A DNA stretch of 64,000 nt from Sphagnum compactum (taxonomy: Eukaryota), in the NCBI GenBank assembly GCA_965153455.1, contig OZ234493.1, positions 32,664,213-32,728,212 on the forward strand, given 5' to 3'. This document shows positions 26,130-40,556 of this stretch, piece after piece (the stretch's first letter is position 1; each line of letters opens with the position of its first letter). Made by a program: the position numbers and the translations under genes. Below the pieces are notes generated by a model, which saw only the letters and a list, made by a program, of their open reading frames with translations, did not search any database and was not told the origin of the DNA.

Positions 26130-28460
26130 AAGCATCGAATTGATCACTTGGCTCAGGTGATAGAACCTCCACTTAGCCACACCCTGAACACAGATATCAC
26201 ACTTGTTGGGCTGCTTCAGGCGTTGAAAAAACTACAAAGGAATAAGGCTACTGGTATGGATGGTTTGAAAGCTGAGTTCATTTTGGATGCAGGAGAATTG
26301 TTACACATGCCACTATTGACAGCGTTCAACTGCTTTCTAGCGAAAGGCTTTCTAGAAGCCCTTTCCACTAGGGTGGTCCACGCGCTCTTTAAAGGGGGCG
26401 ATGCCTCCGAATTTGACAACTACAGGGGGATAAATGTTGGGCTATCCTAGCAAAGTTGTTTGCTATGATCCTTGACAAAAGGCTGAGCGAATGGGCTGAA
26501 TAACATGGGCTATGTGCCAAGGGTCAAGCTGGGTTTTGCAAAGATTACCGCTCTTCTGACCAACTCTTCATACTGCGAACTCTGATAGAACAAAGCAAGG
26601 CAAAAAAGAAGCCACTCTATTGTTGTTTTGTGGACTTCAAAAAGGCATTCGATACTGTGTCACGTGAAGTGTTGTGGGAGGTGTTGGCTGGCCTCGGGGT
26701 GGAGGGACGCTTCTTGCAATGTATGCCAAGGATACCGTATGCATCAACCACCCAAGCGAAGGTGTCACATCGAGCTTCAGGTGCCAACAAGGTGTGAAGC
26801 AAGGTTGCCTCTCAGCCCCTACTGTTTGGGCTATATTTGGATGCCCTAAAGGGGCATTTGGACGGCAGAGAATGCGATGCACCGGCCCTAGTAAACGTGC
26901 ATGTATGGCTGTTGCTTTTTGTAGATGACCTTGCTCTGACGTCGGTGTCAGAGGTGGGACTGCAACAACAGTTAGACGCGCTCCAACAATTCTGTGCTGA
27001 ACGTGGACTTACAGTGAACATGAAAAAAACAAAAGTCATGGTGTTCAACTTTGCTGACCCATGCCAAGAGTTTGTGTTTGAAGGTGATGCTATTGAGCAT
27101 GTGCAAACCTTCAAATACCTGGGGATCTTCCTTGAAACCACCCCAAACCTGGACAATGCAGTGGAACATCTAACAGCTGCCAGTAGGCGCTTACTATTTG
27201 CACTGAATTGCCGCTATGCAAAATTACGTATTATGGACGTCCAGTTATGTTGTGACCTCTTCAACATGTTGGTGCGTTCCACAACAAGTTATGCCTGTGA
27301 GGTTTGGGTGGACTCCAAGAAAATAGAAGCTATTGAAGTAGTGTACCGAAGGTTCTTCAAATCATTGCTTGGGGTGCGAAAAACAACCCGCACATCCATC
27401 GTGTTGGTAGAATTTGGCAAATTCCCCTTTGAACACTTTGCATGGGGACAAGCGCTGTTGTACTATAACCGTGTGAACACGGTCACTAAAGACCGCATCT
27501 TGGGAAAGGCATGGGAAGCCCAGCTCGTTATGCTTGTTGCGAGAAAGAAATGTTGGGCTAGATCCGTGAAAAAATGGTTATTCAAGACTCAACCCCAGGA
27601 GGTGGTAGGTTTTTTGCCTCCGGTTCAATCGTCACTAGAAACGGCGCTTAAGCTTGCAACAACCCGTGCGCTCCAAGCGAAAACAGCTCAACCGCCACTC
27701 GGAACGACTCCTGGGACAACGCACATACATCCTAACCGTCTAATAGGGGTGAGAGGTTGGGCAGAGAGCCAAATACTTTGGTGCAACACGCACAACATAC
27801 GGGTGGGAGTTCAGATGGCTAAACTGGCCGCACTACAACTAGTGCAACCAGTTGGTGCTAGATCTATGACAGGAGGCCCGATCAACTAGGAGGCTGGGGC
27901 CCCACCCCCTCCAGGTTTTCCCCACACAATATTGAGTGTAAAAAGGGTGAAGGATAATATGCAGCTGGATTTCATTGAAAAGTTTTTTACCAACCACGAG
28001 ATCGGGACCAACGTGTAGACAAGATACTTGTGCTTCAAGGGTATATCATACGAGAGCAAAAGTCACTTGTGTGACATCAATTGTGTTCAGTTGCGGAAAG
28101 CTCTGGCCTAGTTTCGGTGTGGCAACACGTAGCTTGAGGTAGTGTTAGGCGCGTGGAAGGGCGTGCCATACACAAAGAGGCTTTGTCGAGGCTGCGATTT
28201 CGGGAAGGTTGAGGATGAAAAACATTTGTTTCTTGTTTGTCCAAATACACAAAAAGTTAGGGAACGCTTTTGTTCGGCCCTGCCCCTCACTCACACTAGC
28301 TTTCTTGCTGAGCTCATGCAGACTACGAACACGGTCGCCCTGGCCAAGTTTGTGGCATGCTGCCAGTACTAAAAGACAATCTATCCTCCATGATCTACCT
28401 TTCGTCTAATGGACTCTCTGGTCCCAAACGGACACAAAATTGTAAACATTAAACAATAAA
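26130..28460 (+). mobile_element. 5'-truncated non-LTR retrotransposon (RTE/RTEX-like LINE), inactivated reverse transcriptase ORF
   Basis: RT motifs NKATGMDG, NYRGI, CFVDFKKAFDTV, GVKQGC.LS, LLFVDDL, KKTKVMVF and FKYLG. C-terminal RLCRGC...EDEKHLFLVC Cys/His motif. Several frameshifts and premature stops. The 3' end has short TAAACA(A/T) repeats. The clade assignment is inference. Confidence 0.88.
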
Positions 28461-28511
28461 TAGTCACCTTTTTTTTTTTTGGGTAACCAAGTGCCCCAAA
28501 AAAGAAACATT

Positions 28512-28660
<149 letters not shown>

Positions 28661-29489
28661 TTTACTTCCTTATTTTTTCTTTCTTCCTTTCTTTCCTATT
28701 TGGTAAGAGGATTTGAACTAGTTTTTTTTGTTTTCTGCTGAACTTTGTTGCTCTTTTGACAAAAATTAGGAATTTTTTGGTTTTAAATGTAAATGTAACT
28801 AATTTTGCTTAATGTTTTTGGAAAATTTTGTCAAATACTTGATATCACAAATTTGAAGAACCAAAAAATAAATTAAATCCCTTGGTTTGAACTAGTGTTG
28901 GATGATTCTTGGGTTTTGAAGGTAAGGTTAGCTTTGGTTCTGAGTCTTCAACTAAATTGTTTCTCAGTGGCCTTTTGGGTTTAGGGTTTAATATGAAATT
29001 AAATTTGATCATACGGGTTCTTTTATTAGAGACAAAATAGTGTTTGGTTTCGTTCTGGGTTACCAATTTGTAGTGGTTCCAAATCTGGTTTTTTTTTAAT
29101 TACAAATTTAAATGGTTCTCAATTAATGGTTCTGTTTAACTAGGTTCTAATTAACCCTCAATTAAGTTTTTTTTATTTTAAAAGGATGCATAATAATAGT
29201 GAAATTGATCATTCCAAACCTAATATTTTCAAATTATTACACTTATGCAAAATATCCATCAAATTGCCAATAATTAAAACACCTTTATTATGAATGATAG
29301 GAATTTTTGAAAAACAAACCAACTATTAGCTTCTAATAATTGTGCAATGTTAAGAAGGAACTTGGGCAATCATTTCATGGGTATGAAATTTCCAAATGCA
29401 AATCAAAATTAGAATGTGGATGACGCATTTACATTGACAACTAGATCAAAATGAAATCTAATTATAAATCTAATGAAACTAATCTTCAA

Positions 29490-29715
29490 GTAAAAATCAA
29501 ATCAACTCAAACAATAACAACTTCAAAAATGCAATTCCAATAGTAGCAACAACATCAAGTTTAAAACTCTACTCCAATAATAGCAAGTTGAAGAATAGCA
29601 ACTCAAACAACATCAAGTTTAAAACTCTACTCCAATAGTAGCAAGTTGAAGAGTAGCAACTCAAACAACATCAACTTCAAAACTCTATTCCAATAGTAAC
29701 AAGTTGAACAATAAC
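29490..29715. repeat. 58-bp tandem repeat, ~3-4 copies
   Basis: CATCAAGTTTAAAACTCTACTCCAATA.TAGCAAGTTGAAGA.TAGCAACTCAAACAA starts at 29553, 29611 and 29669. Confidence 0.85.
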
Positions 29716-29949
29716 TCCAATAGTAGTTCCAATCACCATCCTTCATAAACAACTTTATGAACACCATCAACCTCTACAATTTTACAAAAAAAACATATAC
29801 TACATCAGCTATGCCATGTCCCTCTTAATAGAAAATGTGAAACTTAAAAACTTGAGTTTACATAAACTTGTTGAATTTGTAAAAATTTAACAAGACATCA
29901 AACAACATACCTAACGTTTGATGTTGTTATCTTTCAACTCTAGAAGGCC

Positions 29950-31400
29950 AAGCTTACCAATGGCATCTTCATTTTCTTCCATTAAATTTTTTTCCATATC
30001 ATTGAACTCATCCATGGACAATGCATTACCTATTGAAACATCTTCTAGCCAATTTTTGTAGATGCTTATACGTATATCAAGATTTTCTATCCCAAAATAA
30101 AAACATCAAAGGTCTTTGCAAATACATGTAGTGCTAAGAACACTTTTTGCCTCAATCTATGGCCAATCCTCAAGATTTGTTATGCCACAAACCCAACATA
30201 AGAAAATTGCACTTCATGATCATGTACCATGCAAGAGGATCCTTGCATTCCTACTCATTGACTTTTTTAATTATAAATGATTCAACTTTTTTTTACCATT
30301 GATTGTGCCATCTATTTTTTAGCTTCCATGAGATCATATAGTAATGTCACTTCAATACTTTCTAATGTAGCATTAAAAGTTCTTTCACTTGCAACATTGG
30401 GGTTTATAAATTTGAATACATGTACCAAGAGTGGAATCAACACATGCCAATCCTACTCACTTGTAATTTGTAATGTTATTTCCTTCCCAACCTATTGAAT
30501 GAACAACCCCAACCTTTTAAAATCTAAATCTAACATCATTGCCAACATGTTGTGAATTTTACATTGTTGAAAATACACCATAAACGAAAGGAATGGGTCT
30601 AAAACTATCATCACTTGGTTTTGTATGCTTTGCCATAAAATATATAGTTCTACATCGAAATTTTATTTTTCACTATAATTAAATGATAAGCAATCCACTC
30701 GCATTGTAGTGACAAATGAGATATCAACAAAAAACACATCAAACAATAGCCAATAACCTTGACTTTAATTAAAAACACGTTGTCAAACCACATGCCTAAT
30801 GTGTCAAAACTTACTTATGCAATTGTCCAAACATGTGGACTTAGTACACAAGCTTGAAGCACCAAGGATTGTTGATGTCCATAGCACCAAACAATGGTTC
30901 AAATGCTCCAACTCCAAACTTTCTTGAAACAAAATGATTCTAGATGCAAATCAAGTTTTAACTAAAATTTTCAACTTTCATGGACATAGTATAGATGTTT
31001 CCATGCAAGATTTGTGCCATTCTTATTGTCCCTTCCTACTTTTTCATCCATGTTATGGTCTTTACAAGATAGATTGTACCTCCTTGATTAAAATTGATGT
31101 TAACCCATAACTAATGTTTGCATCGTTTGTTGCATATTAGTAGCATTTAGACATGGCTTGCCCCCAACAACTACCCAAAAACAATGTTGATAGCCCCAAC
31201 ATTTCAAATAAAACAACATAAGTTAATACATTAATCATGGTTGAAAGGTTACTCTCTTCATCCTTGACATAGGGCACAATTTTAGCATTAAACCCATATT
31301 CTACTAACACATCATTCATTTGCATAGCCATGGCAAACCCATAAGTATCAACTATCTCAAACAAACCATTAGTTACATGACAAGGTTCCCACTTATGATA
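29950..31400 (-). pseudogene. Decayed hAT-family transposase remnant
   Basis: Minus-strand fragments YVKDEESNLSTM...SCWGQAMSKC (31137-31364), HNMLAMMLD.DFK (~30515-30555, LDPRFK-like), and DPLAW plus IEAKSVLS (~30130-30245, hAT dimerisation-domain-like). There are many stops and frameshifts. A hAT-like terminus TAGTGTTGG lies at 28893. Confidence 0.65.
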
Positions 31401-31815
31401 GGAGATTAAATAAATGTAATTATAATTTTATCTTTTATCTTTTGATCTAATTTAAGCAAGGTTTCATTCATCAATTGACATTAGGGATGGTAACCTACTA
31501 CAAAACATGGGTTTAGTTCACTACCAAACAATTTCACCCAAGGCACCTATAACATTTCATCATTCCTATATTTTAGTCATTATGTAGTTGAAAACATCAC
31601 TATCTAATGAACCTAATTGGTATTACACATACACACACACACATGAATATATGTATGTATATAATATGTATATATGTATAGGTTTTGAATGTATATATTG
31701 GGACATAAATACATAACAATTTCAACTTTGTATTGTAATATTCAGAAACTTAGTATAAAACTTATAAAAATTTAACATAAAGAGTTGAAATAGTTGTTTA
31801 CATTTTATGTATGTT

Positions 31816-33050
31816 CACAACGTCAAAACGTGTCTTTCATGACTTGGACATTTATGACTAATGTACTAATCTAGTCATGTAGTCATATGTCCTTAGTCAT
31901 ATATTTTTACTCAAATTTGTGACTACATTGCAATTGCATTATGACTACATGATTAGATTTGGACTATTTTGTGACTACATGACTAGCCTACATACATTAA
32001 TAACCTACCTATGTTAGTCGTTTAATTGATGCTATTTACCTACTAATTATTTACTAGCTACCTATAAAGTAGCTAGTACCTAGATGGGCTAGTACTACCT
32101 ATTATCTAACTACTTACTATTTAGTATATATGTACCTACCTACTTACCTATTAGATATAGGTAGTACATACTTACCTATTAGATATAGGTAGTACGTACT
32201 TACCTAATCACCTACTACGTACTTATTACTTGGTACCTACCTACCTACTAAGTAATACGTCTATATGTGTGTGTATACCTACCTACTTACTTACCTACTA
32301 GGTAGGTAACTACTTACCTACCTACCTACCTATTTATTTAGTAGGTGGTACATATGTACGTATGTGTGTACCTACCTACCTATTAGATTGGTATTAAACA
32401 TATGTTTATTATTAAGTACATACCTACCTACCTACCTATTAGATTGGTATTAAACATATGTACCTAGCCTACTAGGCACTTACTTACTTGTTTACCTACT
32501 TACTAGGTAGGTCATACATACCTACTTAACTACCTACTATTTACTAGTACCTACCTACCTACCTACCTACCTACTAAATAGGTAGTACATATATGTACCT
32601 ACTAATGGGCACCTACCTACCTACTTACGCCTATTAGGTAGGTAGTACATACATACCTCCTTACTACCTACTTACTACTATCTTTAAGTACTACTTACTT
32701 ATTACCTACCAAGCTAGGTACCTAGTAGGTTCTTAGGTAGGTTTTAAGTTGTTAGGTAAATACCTAAGTACCTAACTTATAAAATAGGTTTAAAATAATG
32801 TTTATAATAATATGGTGACAATTTTTTGTCATGTAAAAATCATGTGGTGCAATGGTTAAGTGGGGGTGAAGGACTTCTTTTCTCAATGTGGAGGTGAGGG
32901 GTTCAAATCCTCACATTTGCAACTTAATGAACTAGCCTAACTAACATATAAACTTGTTAACTAAGTTAACCTACATTCCAAGGTAAGTTAGGGCTTACAT
33001 TCCTAACATATAGGTTGGTTTTTTAACATTTATGCCACGTGTCTACATGG
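31816..33050 (+). repeat. Left arm of a large inverted repeat (CACAA terminus, TAGG/CCTA-rich interior, tRNA-like cassette)
   Basis: CACAACGTCAAAACGTGTCTTTCATGACTTGGACATTTA... is the near reverse complement of the sequence ending at 43505. Inner boundary ...TATGCCACGTGTCTACATG matches ~42106-42126. Confidence 0.85.
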
Positions 33051-34279
33051 CATGGGTGGAGATTATATTTATTTCATATTTAATGAATTTTATCCAATGG
33101 CCATAATTTATGGATCTCATCAAGCACTAATGACCTCCATGACTTTATAGTCACAAAAGTCATAGTTGCAAGTTATTTCGTGGCTAAACCACACTAGTGA
33201 CTAGGTGTCTTAAACAATTTGTCCTATTCGACTACATAGTCATGTAGTCATAGATGTCTTTAACAAACTAGTCATAAATAAAATCGCAAAAGATAACTTT
33301 TATTGTAGTGAAATGGTCACGTCCAAATCGACTTGTCCAAAACGGCACTTTGGTCAAGTTGGACATGGGGACAAAAATACCATAGGGGTTAAAAAAGCCA
33401 TGATTTCTTGTAGTGTTTGTTATTGGTGAATAACCAATGGTTGTGTAAACCTTTTTTATCATTTAATTGGAGAATGTGGCAAAGTATAATTTGGATCATC
33501 CAATTGAAACACTTATGTTTCCTTTTAGTTATAATGTTGCCAACCTTTCCAACCACTCACATTTTCATTAAAAATAATATTAGGTCCAATGCTATTATTT
33601 GGAAATTTTATGTTTGGAAGATTTATAGTGTAAAGTCATGCCATATTTTACTATAAAATAGAATGAATTTTTTGCTTGTTTAGATAGTCTTACATTGGTT
33701 AAACAATGTATTAGTGTTGGTTTCAACCTTTCATGATCGCTTGTTTCACTATTACAATTCATGATTTTTTAAGAAGTTCAAATTGATTAACTTTTCATTT
33801 TGACTAATTTGGACATGTACATTTTGACTAAAGGCCAAAGGCTTGAATGACACATGTATTTGTTGATGATCAACTTAACTATAATGGTTTATTTGACTAA
33901 ATACATAGTCAAATTGTACAACCTTAGTCAAAATGGCCAATGATCTTTAGTAAAGATGACTAATGTTTTTTAGTTGAATTGAACATTTAGTCAAAATAGC
34001 CAATGATTTTTAATCAAATACAACATGGTTTACTACCTTATGGATATATTTCTTACCTATTCATCCACCTATTTACTTAGTTAACTACTTATCTACTTAT
34101 TACCCACCCACCCACTTACCTATTATTTACCAACCTACCTACCTATTTACTTATATTTTCTCAATTACCTACCTACATACCTATTTATATTTTCATTTTC
34201 ATACAACCTACCTACTTACCTACCCACCTACCTACATATTATTTATTTCCCTATCCACCCACTTACCTACCTAATTTTA

Positions 34280-35080
34280 TCCATTAGGTATAACCATTAT
34301 GTTGAGCCATTATATTTAACCATTAGGTTTACCCAAAATTTAACCATTAAGCTTATTTTAAATTTGACCACTAAGTTTAACCATTAAATTTGGCACTAGG
34401 TTTAACCTAAATTGAACTATTAAATTTTGCCAATAGGTATAGCCTAAATTTAACCATTAAGTATAACCATTAGGCATAACTTAGGTTTAGCCATTATGTT
34501 TAACCATTATAATTACCCACTAGGTTTAACTTATGTTTGGCCATTATGTTTAGCCATGAAATATATTAACCATTAAGTATTTTGACTAAATCTAACCACT
34601 GTTTAGCCATTAGGTTTATCAATTAGGTTTAGCCATTGTGTTTAGCTATTAGGGTTAAGTCATTGAGATTAGCCATTAGTTTAAATCGTTGAGTTTAGCC
34701 ACTAGGTTTAACCATTAATTTAAGTCGTTGAGTTTAGCCATTAAGTTTAAGCATTAATTTAAGTCTATGAATTTAGCCACTAGGTTTAACCATTAGTTTA
34801 AATCGTTGAATTTAGCCATTAAGTTGAAACATTAATTTAAATCATTAAATTTATCCATTAAATTCAACCATTAGTTTTAAGTCCCTAAATTTAGCCACTA
34901 AGTTTAACCATTAATTTAAATCATTGAATTTAGCCATTAATTTTAGCCATTATTTTAAATCCCTGAATTTAGCCATTAAGTTTAACCATTAGTTTAAATC
35001 ATTGAGTTTAGCCACTAGGTTTATCCATTATTTTAAATCACTGAATTTAGCCACTAGTTGTCACTTAGGTTTAGCCATTA
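34280..35080. repeat. Minisatellite: degenerate ~13-bp TTA(A/G)CCATTA units organised into a 39-bp higher-order repeat (~34640-35055)
   Basis: Unit TTAAATCGTTGAGTTTAGCCACTAGGTTTAACCATTAAT starts at 34681, 34720 and 34759 and continues. Confidence 0.85.
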
Positions 35081-38000
35081 TGTTTGCTGATGTGAAATAA
35101 ACATGTGAAATAAAAAACTCAATAAAAGATGAACACCTTTGATGGTGTAGTCTATTGATAAGCATTTGGTTTATCATTGTGAAGGTTTGGGGTTCAATTC
35201 CTTATGCTTACAACCTATGTGTATGCTCAAAAGGCTAGGGTAGGTTGGTTAGACTAAGGTAACTTGATGAGGTTAGGTTAGGTTAGGTTAGGTAGGCTAG
35301 GTTAACACCTACTTACGTAAATGCCTGTTTTCAACCTATTTAAACATATTTACTACTTACCTAGTTATTTACCTACCTACCTACCTATTCATTTTTTTAA
35401 TAATATTTTTAAATGATTTTAATTTAAGTATAAAATTGACCCAATCAAATGGCACACAATCTGCCAATCAAACAGTTATTCATTTTGTTAGTCACTCTGC
35501 TAGTCAAAATGATAAGATCCAATTTGACTACCCAATCGCGTTGGACATGGCAAAAACAACTTGTCCAGATTGACAAGGTGGTTTTTTTTTACGCCTGTCA
35601 CATTTGAATATTTTTTAATTAGAAAACCCAATCGAAAAAACCATGAATTATAATAGTGCTTTAAAATGGCATTTTATTGACAATGTTCCAAGAGATTTGT
35701 ACAAGCATAATTAACTTGCATGTTTACAAGGTCAGGAAGGAAAATAAGAAGAATTCTTAGCAACAAACCTTATAATTATCACCTCTAAAAAGCTTACGTA
35801 GTTGAGAAATATGCTTCAATTTTTGTTTTGGTTTCCTAGATAATGCAAATGCATTTGATACAGAGCATCTTCTAGATTGCCTAGAGAAATTGAAAAGATG
35901 TTTACCAATTTAAATACATGTGTATGATTTCAAGTGTCATCATCATTTTACAAACAATGTTTGTAAAGTTTCCATTCTATTAATGTTATTTGCAAGGTCA
36001 TTATTTCTCATATCAAAACTGGTAAATCAAAACTATGCAAATTGAATGTTGTCAACTTAATTAATCATATAACAAGTGTTTTACCCAATTGACAAAGAAT
36101 TTTATGCACATACAAATGAATGCAACAAATTTATAACCATGGAAGGCATTATAGTCTTCCATGATGCTTGTGTTCATGAACTCATGAACATGAAAATATT
36201 TGTTGACATAGGTTTGTCTATTTTGGATATTTCTCCATTCTTTATTTGTCTCCTCATTGTGTTTAGATATTTTATCACTTCTTTCATAAATTATGTGTGC
36301 ACGATAACATGTAACCCACTATAACTATAAGGTTTTTTCCTCAAACTAGTTTTGGCTTCATGTTATTGATTCAATTTAGTTGCAAGGTCAAAACTTGTGT
36401 ATTGCATATATAGTCCTTCTTACAAATGCCAAATTGCCTTTAGTGGATTTTATAACATCATGGGTAAAAAATATCATTTCAACTTCGCCCTCATGTCATG
36501 CATTTATGGAAAATGATATGATTAAATTGGTTAATCGGTTGATGGGTTACACTACAAATCATTTTCACAACCTTGTGAAATATAACTAGATGTTTTAAGA
36601 AATGATGTTATATTATAAGGTGGCCTACTTTGTGCTCATGTTGTCTTTTAATGTATGATTTATTGATTCTTCAATAGTTTTTATAATGTACTACCTTATG
36701 GATTGTGTAACGTTTCACCTTCATTTCCATCATATGGTGTATATGTCAATGTCAGGTTTGTCAAATGGATAAGGAAGGATTTGCTTAAGAAAGGTAGAAA
36801 TGTGAATGGTGCAATTGAACGGGCATGGCTATATGTGCCGTTTCCCACAATCCTAATGTATTTAGAATAATAACCTTGTGGACCCTTACTTCAAAAATTC
36901 TAATACATAGTTTTTAAACTTTTAGAAAAGATAAGTTTTATAAAGTTGTCAAAAATTGCTCTTATTGTCTTTCTTGTGCTTTTAAAAATGAAAACTTGTG
37001 ATGGAACATTTAGATAACAATTTCTTAACTACATGTTTGCTCTTTTGGACATGGTATTTATGGTCTAAAGTACCATGTTGCAATATGTGAAACCATCTTT
37101 CAATGATTTTGTTTTACCAACAAAGAAGTATGTTCATGTGATTTTGCCTTGGGGAGGAGATAATCATGTTGCAATCTATCTGATAGTGTAACACATCTAC
37201 ACAAAGCTTGGTCAATATGATCTTCACAAAATCTATCCAAATGTTTATGATTCAATCCACCTTTTAGGTTTGTTCATATTTTCTATAGGGGTGTTTCCAT
37301 GGTACGGTGTAGACAAAAAGGAATCACAGTTTGACATTTTTCATTACAACACATTTTAATGTGTCTCTATAAATATTTGGAGAAGGTTTTTTTGATGGAA
37401 ATGTGCAATTCAAGGTGGATAACATCCTAAATAGTCATAATTTGTGAAATTGGTGCACATATCAACAATTTGATTGTCGATTGGAATACATTTTAAATTT
37501 AAAAAAATGTGTCACAAACACTGCAATTTAAGAAAAGGATTGTGAAATACTAGTTTTAAAAGGAAGTGGTCCATGAAACTTTGCACGTACAAAGAAACCA
37601 CCATAATGAATAATCTTCTACATTAAAATTTCAATTTATTATGAAGTCAAATTTTTTTTTATAAATGATACAAAAATATTTGGTAATGCATTATGTTAGT
37701 GTAATGTTGATGATTATGATTTTTTTGAATTGTAAAATTTTCTTCCATTAAATATGTAGTTGGGTTGAGTGTTGTCTTCATCATTCTACAAAAATAAAAT
37801 GGAAGTTTAAAATGGATGAAAAATGGTAATATGTTGTTTAATAGGTTGTTTTAAATAACATTTATAAAATTATTGGTGTACGTTTACATAAAGACACAAT
37901 TTTGAATCAATTTCATATTCATAGTTTATATAATTAATCTTGTTTTTAAAGCCCAAATCAATTTAATGTGATTTCTAAAAGAATTCAAAGTGAGTGAAAT

Positions 38001-39199
38001 TTTATGTGTTACTACGTTTGACACTATATGTACTTCTAGTTTTGACACAAAGTGTTTACACCGTACCATGGAAACACCCATAGTTCACATTCGCATGCAT
38101 AAGGTAAAAACAAGACTACCTAAGGTTGATGATGCACATTGCTATTTTTTATTAAACTTTGGAAAATATCAAATATAAGAGCTAGATACTCTATTGTGTG
38201 TTTTTTTCATTAAAACTTATATTGTAATGCAACTTAACTATGTCTCTTCAATGTTAGCCAAACATCATGACTTAGTCTTGTTGTTGTTTGTGACTAAAAT
38301 GTAGGATGCGGATTTTTGGTGCAATTGTTTGCATGAGATTTTGAACAAATTTTGCATAATTATCTACACTTGTTGTGAGGAGCTTATAAACTCAGTGGGG
38401 ACCAAAAACAATTAGTCATTGGGTTGTCATGATGAAGTTAACAATTTAATGTTTTGTGAATGACATTCACAAGGTTATGATTGCAATTTTTTTCATTATG
38501 TATGTTTCAGTTTGGCTAGGATTAACATAATGGTTATCATCATTATGTAATTTTGGAGTTTTCTTCGCAATTCATAAACAAATTAGTTTGTTACGTGATT
38601 GGCAAGTCTTAATTGTAAAAAAAAATATGAATTTCCTTGTAGATCTAAGGTATGCATACTTTCATCAAAGATCAGGAAACCACAAAGCATGATTTTGTCT
38701 TCCATTTTGATTGTCTCATACACTTGGTATGTAGATTGAAATTTTCAATATATTCACATGCATTGCATTTATTTGACATCACCTTGTTTTTGTTGTTTTG
38801 CATTGACATTTATATGTTAACAAATTAGGGGTTGGTCGTTTATTGTTGAATTGCATTTGACGTAAGTGGAAAATATTCATAACATAATTGTGATGAAAGA
38901 TCTTACATGTAGTCATTATAAGTCATTAAACCTATAAGTACCATCTATTTTGTAATATTTTTCATAAATATGTTATGGAACTAATTTGGATTGCCTTGCA
39001 TTTTTAAAAAAAAATTGTTCTAGGTTTTGTTTACATTGGGGTGAATTTTTGCGAGTAGCTTTGTGGTGTCTTTGTCATATGTAGGTGAAATGGATAAATG
39101 TTTTGAATTTTAGATGGTAAAAGATAGGTAGAATAAGGTCTCCTTCACATAAAATATCTACTACTATGTAAAAATGTGTAATGGGCATGAATGATTTGT

Positions 39200-39860
39200 C
39201 AAAACATAGCCTCAATGTGTTAAAATGTTCACATTCTTATGTATGTGCATAATTTTGGATTAATGTTTAGCCTTGTCATACTTCACATGTCACATTTTGC
39301 GTGGAATCTTAGATGGATGTGTAGACTTGTCATGTTGAGGTTACCATAATGTTCCTATATAAGTTCAAAATGTTCAAATTCTTGTTTTTGTGCACAAATT
39401 TGGATTGATGATAGGCTTGTCATGCTTCACATTTTTATTTTTTGTGTAAAATTTTAGGTGGATGCTTAGGCTTGCCATGTTGAGGGTACTATAATTTTCC
39501 TATCTAAGTTCAAAATGTTCAAATTCTTGTTTTTGTGCATAAATTTGGATTGATGTTTAGCCTTGTCATGTTTCACATTTTTTATTTTTGAACATAATTT
39601 TGGATTGATGCTTACTACTTAGGGTTGTCATGTTAAACAATGAACTTTGAAGTTATTATAATTTTCATGGTCAAGTTCAAAATGTTTACATTCTTAGTTT
39701 GGCACATAGCCTAAATTTGGAATACTTGAACTTGTCAATTAAAACTTGAGACTTGTATATTTAAATTTCATGCCCAAATGCAAAATGTTAATTTTTAATT
39801 TTTAAACTGCAATTTGGATAATATTCATTTTTTAAGCTTGTCATCTTGTAGTTTGTATAA
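39200..39860. repeat. Degenerate ~145-bp tandem repeat, with reverse-oriented relatives at ~57700-58330
   Basis: AAGTTCAAAATGTTCAAATTCTTGTTTTTGTGCA.AAATTTGGATTGATG occurs at 39361 and 39506. Reverse motifs TTGAACTT.GG and GCACAAAAA..AAGAATGT occur at 57.7-58.3 kb. Confidence 0.7.
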
Positions 39861-40224
39861 TTTGCATTCCCAATTTCAAAACTAATGTTTGATGGGTAGC
39901 TAGTTTAGCAATTAGGAACTAATGGTTTCACTTCCTGAATAACCTAACTGGATATGCCTTACAGATGTGTGAAACTGAGTTTGATTTAGAACTTTGGGGC
40001 AAGGATCAACATAACCAACAAGGGGACTAAGTCATAATCCTAAGTTGTTAAAAACAACCAAAACCGGTGTTTGGGTTATGTTTAATTTTTGGAACCAAAA
40101 TTGGATTAGATTCCTTGTGAAATCTTGGTTCTAATTCTTAAGGTATAAGATGCTTTTGTACTTTCTCATTTATCCAAGTTATTTTGTTATTTTTTTCCCT
40201 CTTTGTTTTTTTTTGTTTTTCATC

Positions 40225-40556
40225 CATCACAAATTTATAGGCTTCATGGGTTTGTTCCAAATCTGTGTGTAATATGTTATTCTATAGATTCATATTGTTT
40301 AAACATGAATGTCATGCATTATTTAAACACAAAAGTTGTGTGCATGATTTTCATGTGTGAACAACACAATTAGACACACAACATCCATGATTAAACAATA
40401 TGAATAAACATCTGACATTTGTGTCTAAACAATGCACACAACATCGATGTTCAAACAATGAAAGTAGATGAATGACATATGTGTTTATTCCATATGAACC
40501 TATGAAAAATAGATTTCACACGACTATGAAATCGTGGCCCATGAATTTTGTGATGT
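40225..40556. repeat. Degenerate foldback/MITE-like element
   Basis: CATCACAAATTTATAGG... pairs with ...CCCCATGAATTTTGTGATG. The interior has TTAAACA/TGTTTAA repeats. Confidence 0.45.

Noticed and set aside
29490-29715. CRISPR-like array (also considered for 4958-5065, 34640-35055 and 39200-39860)
   Set aside because: Tandem units without unique spacers, no cas genes, and a eukaryotic context.
32843-32923. Functional tRNA gene
   Set aside because: A/B boxes are present but no convincing acceptor or anticodon stems; reported as a tRNA-like repeat cassette instead.
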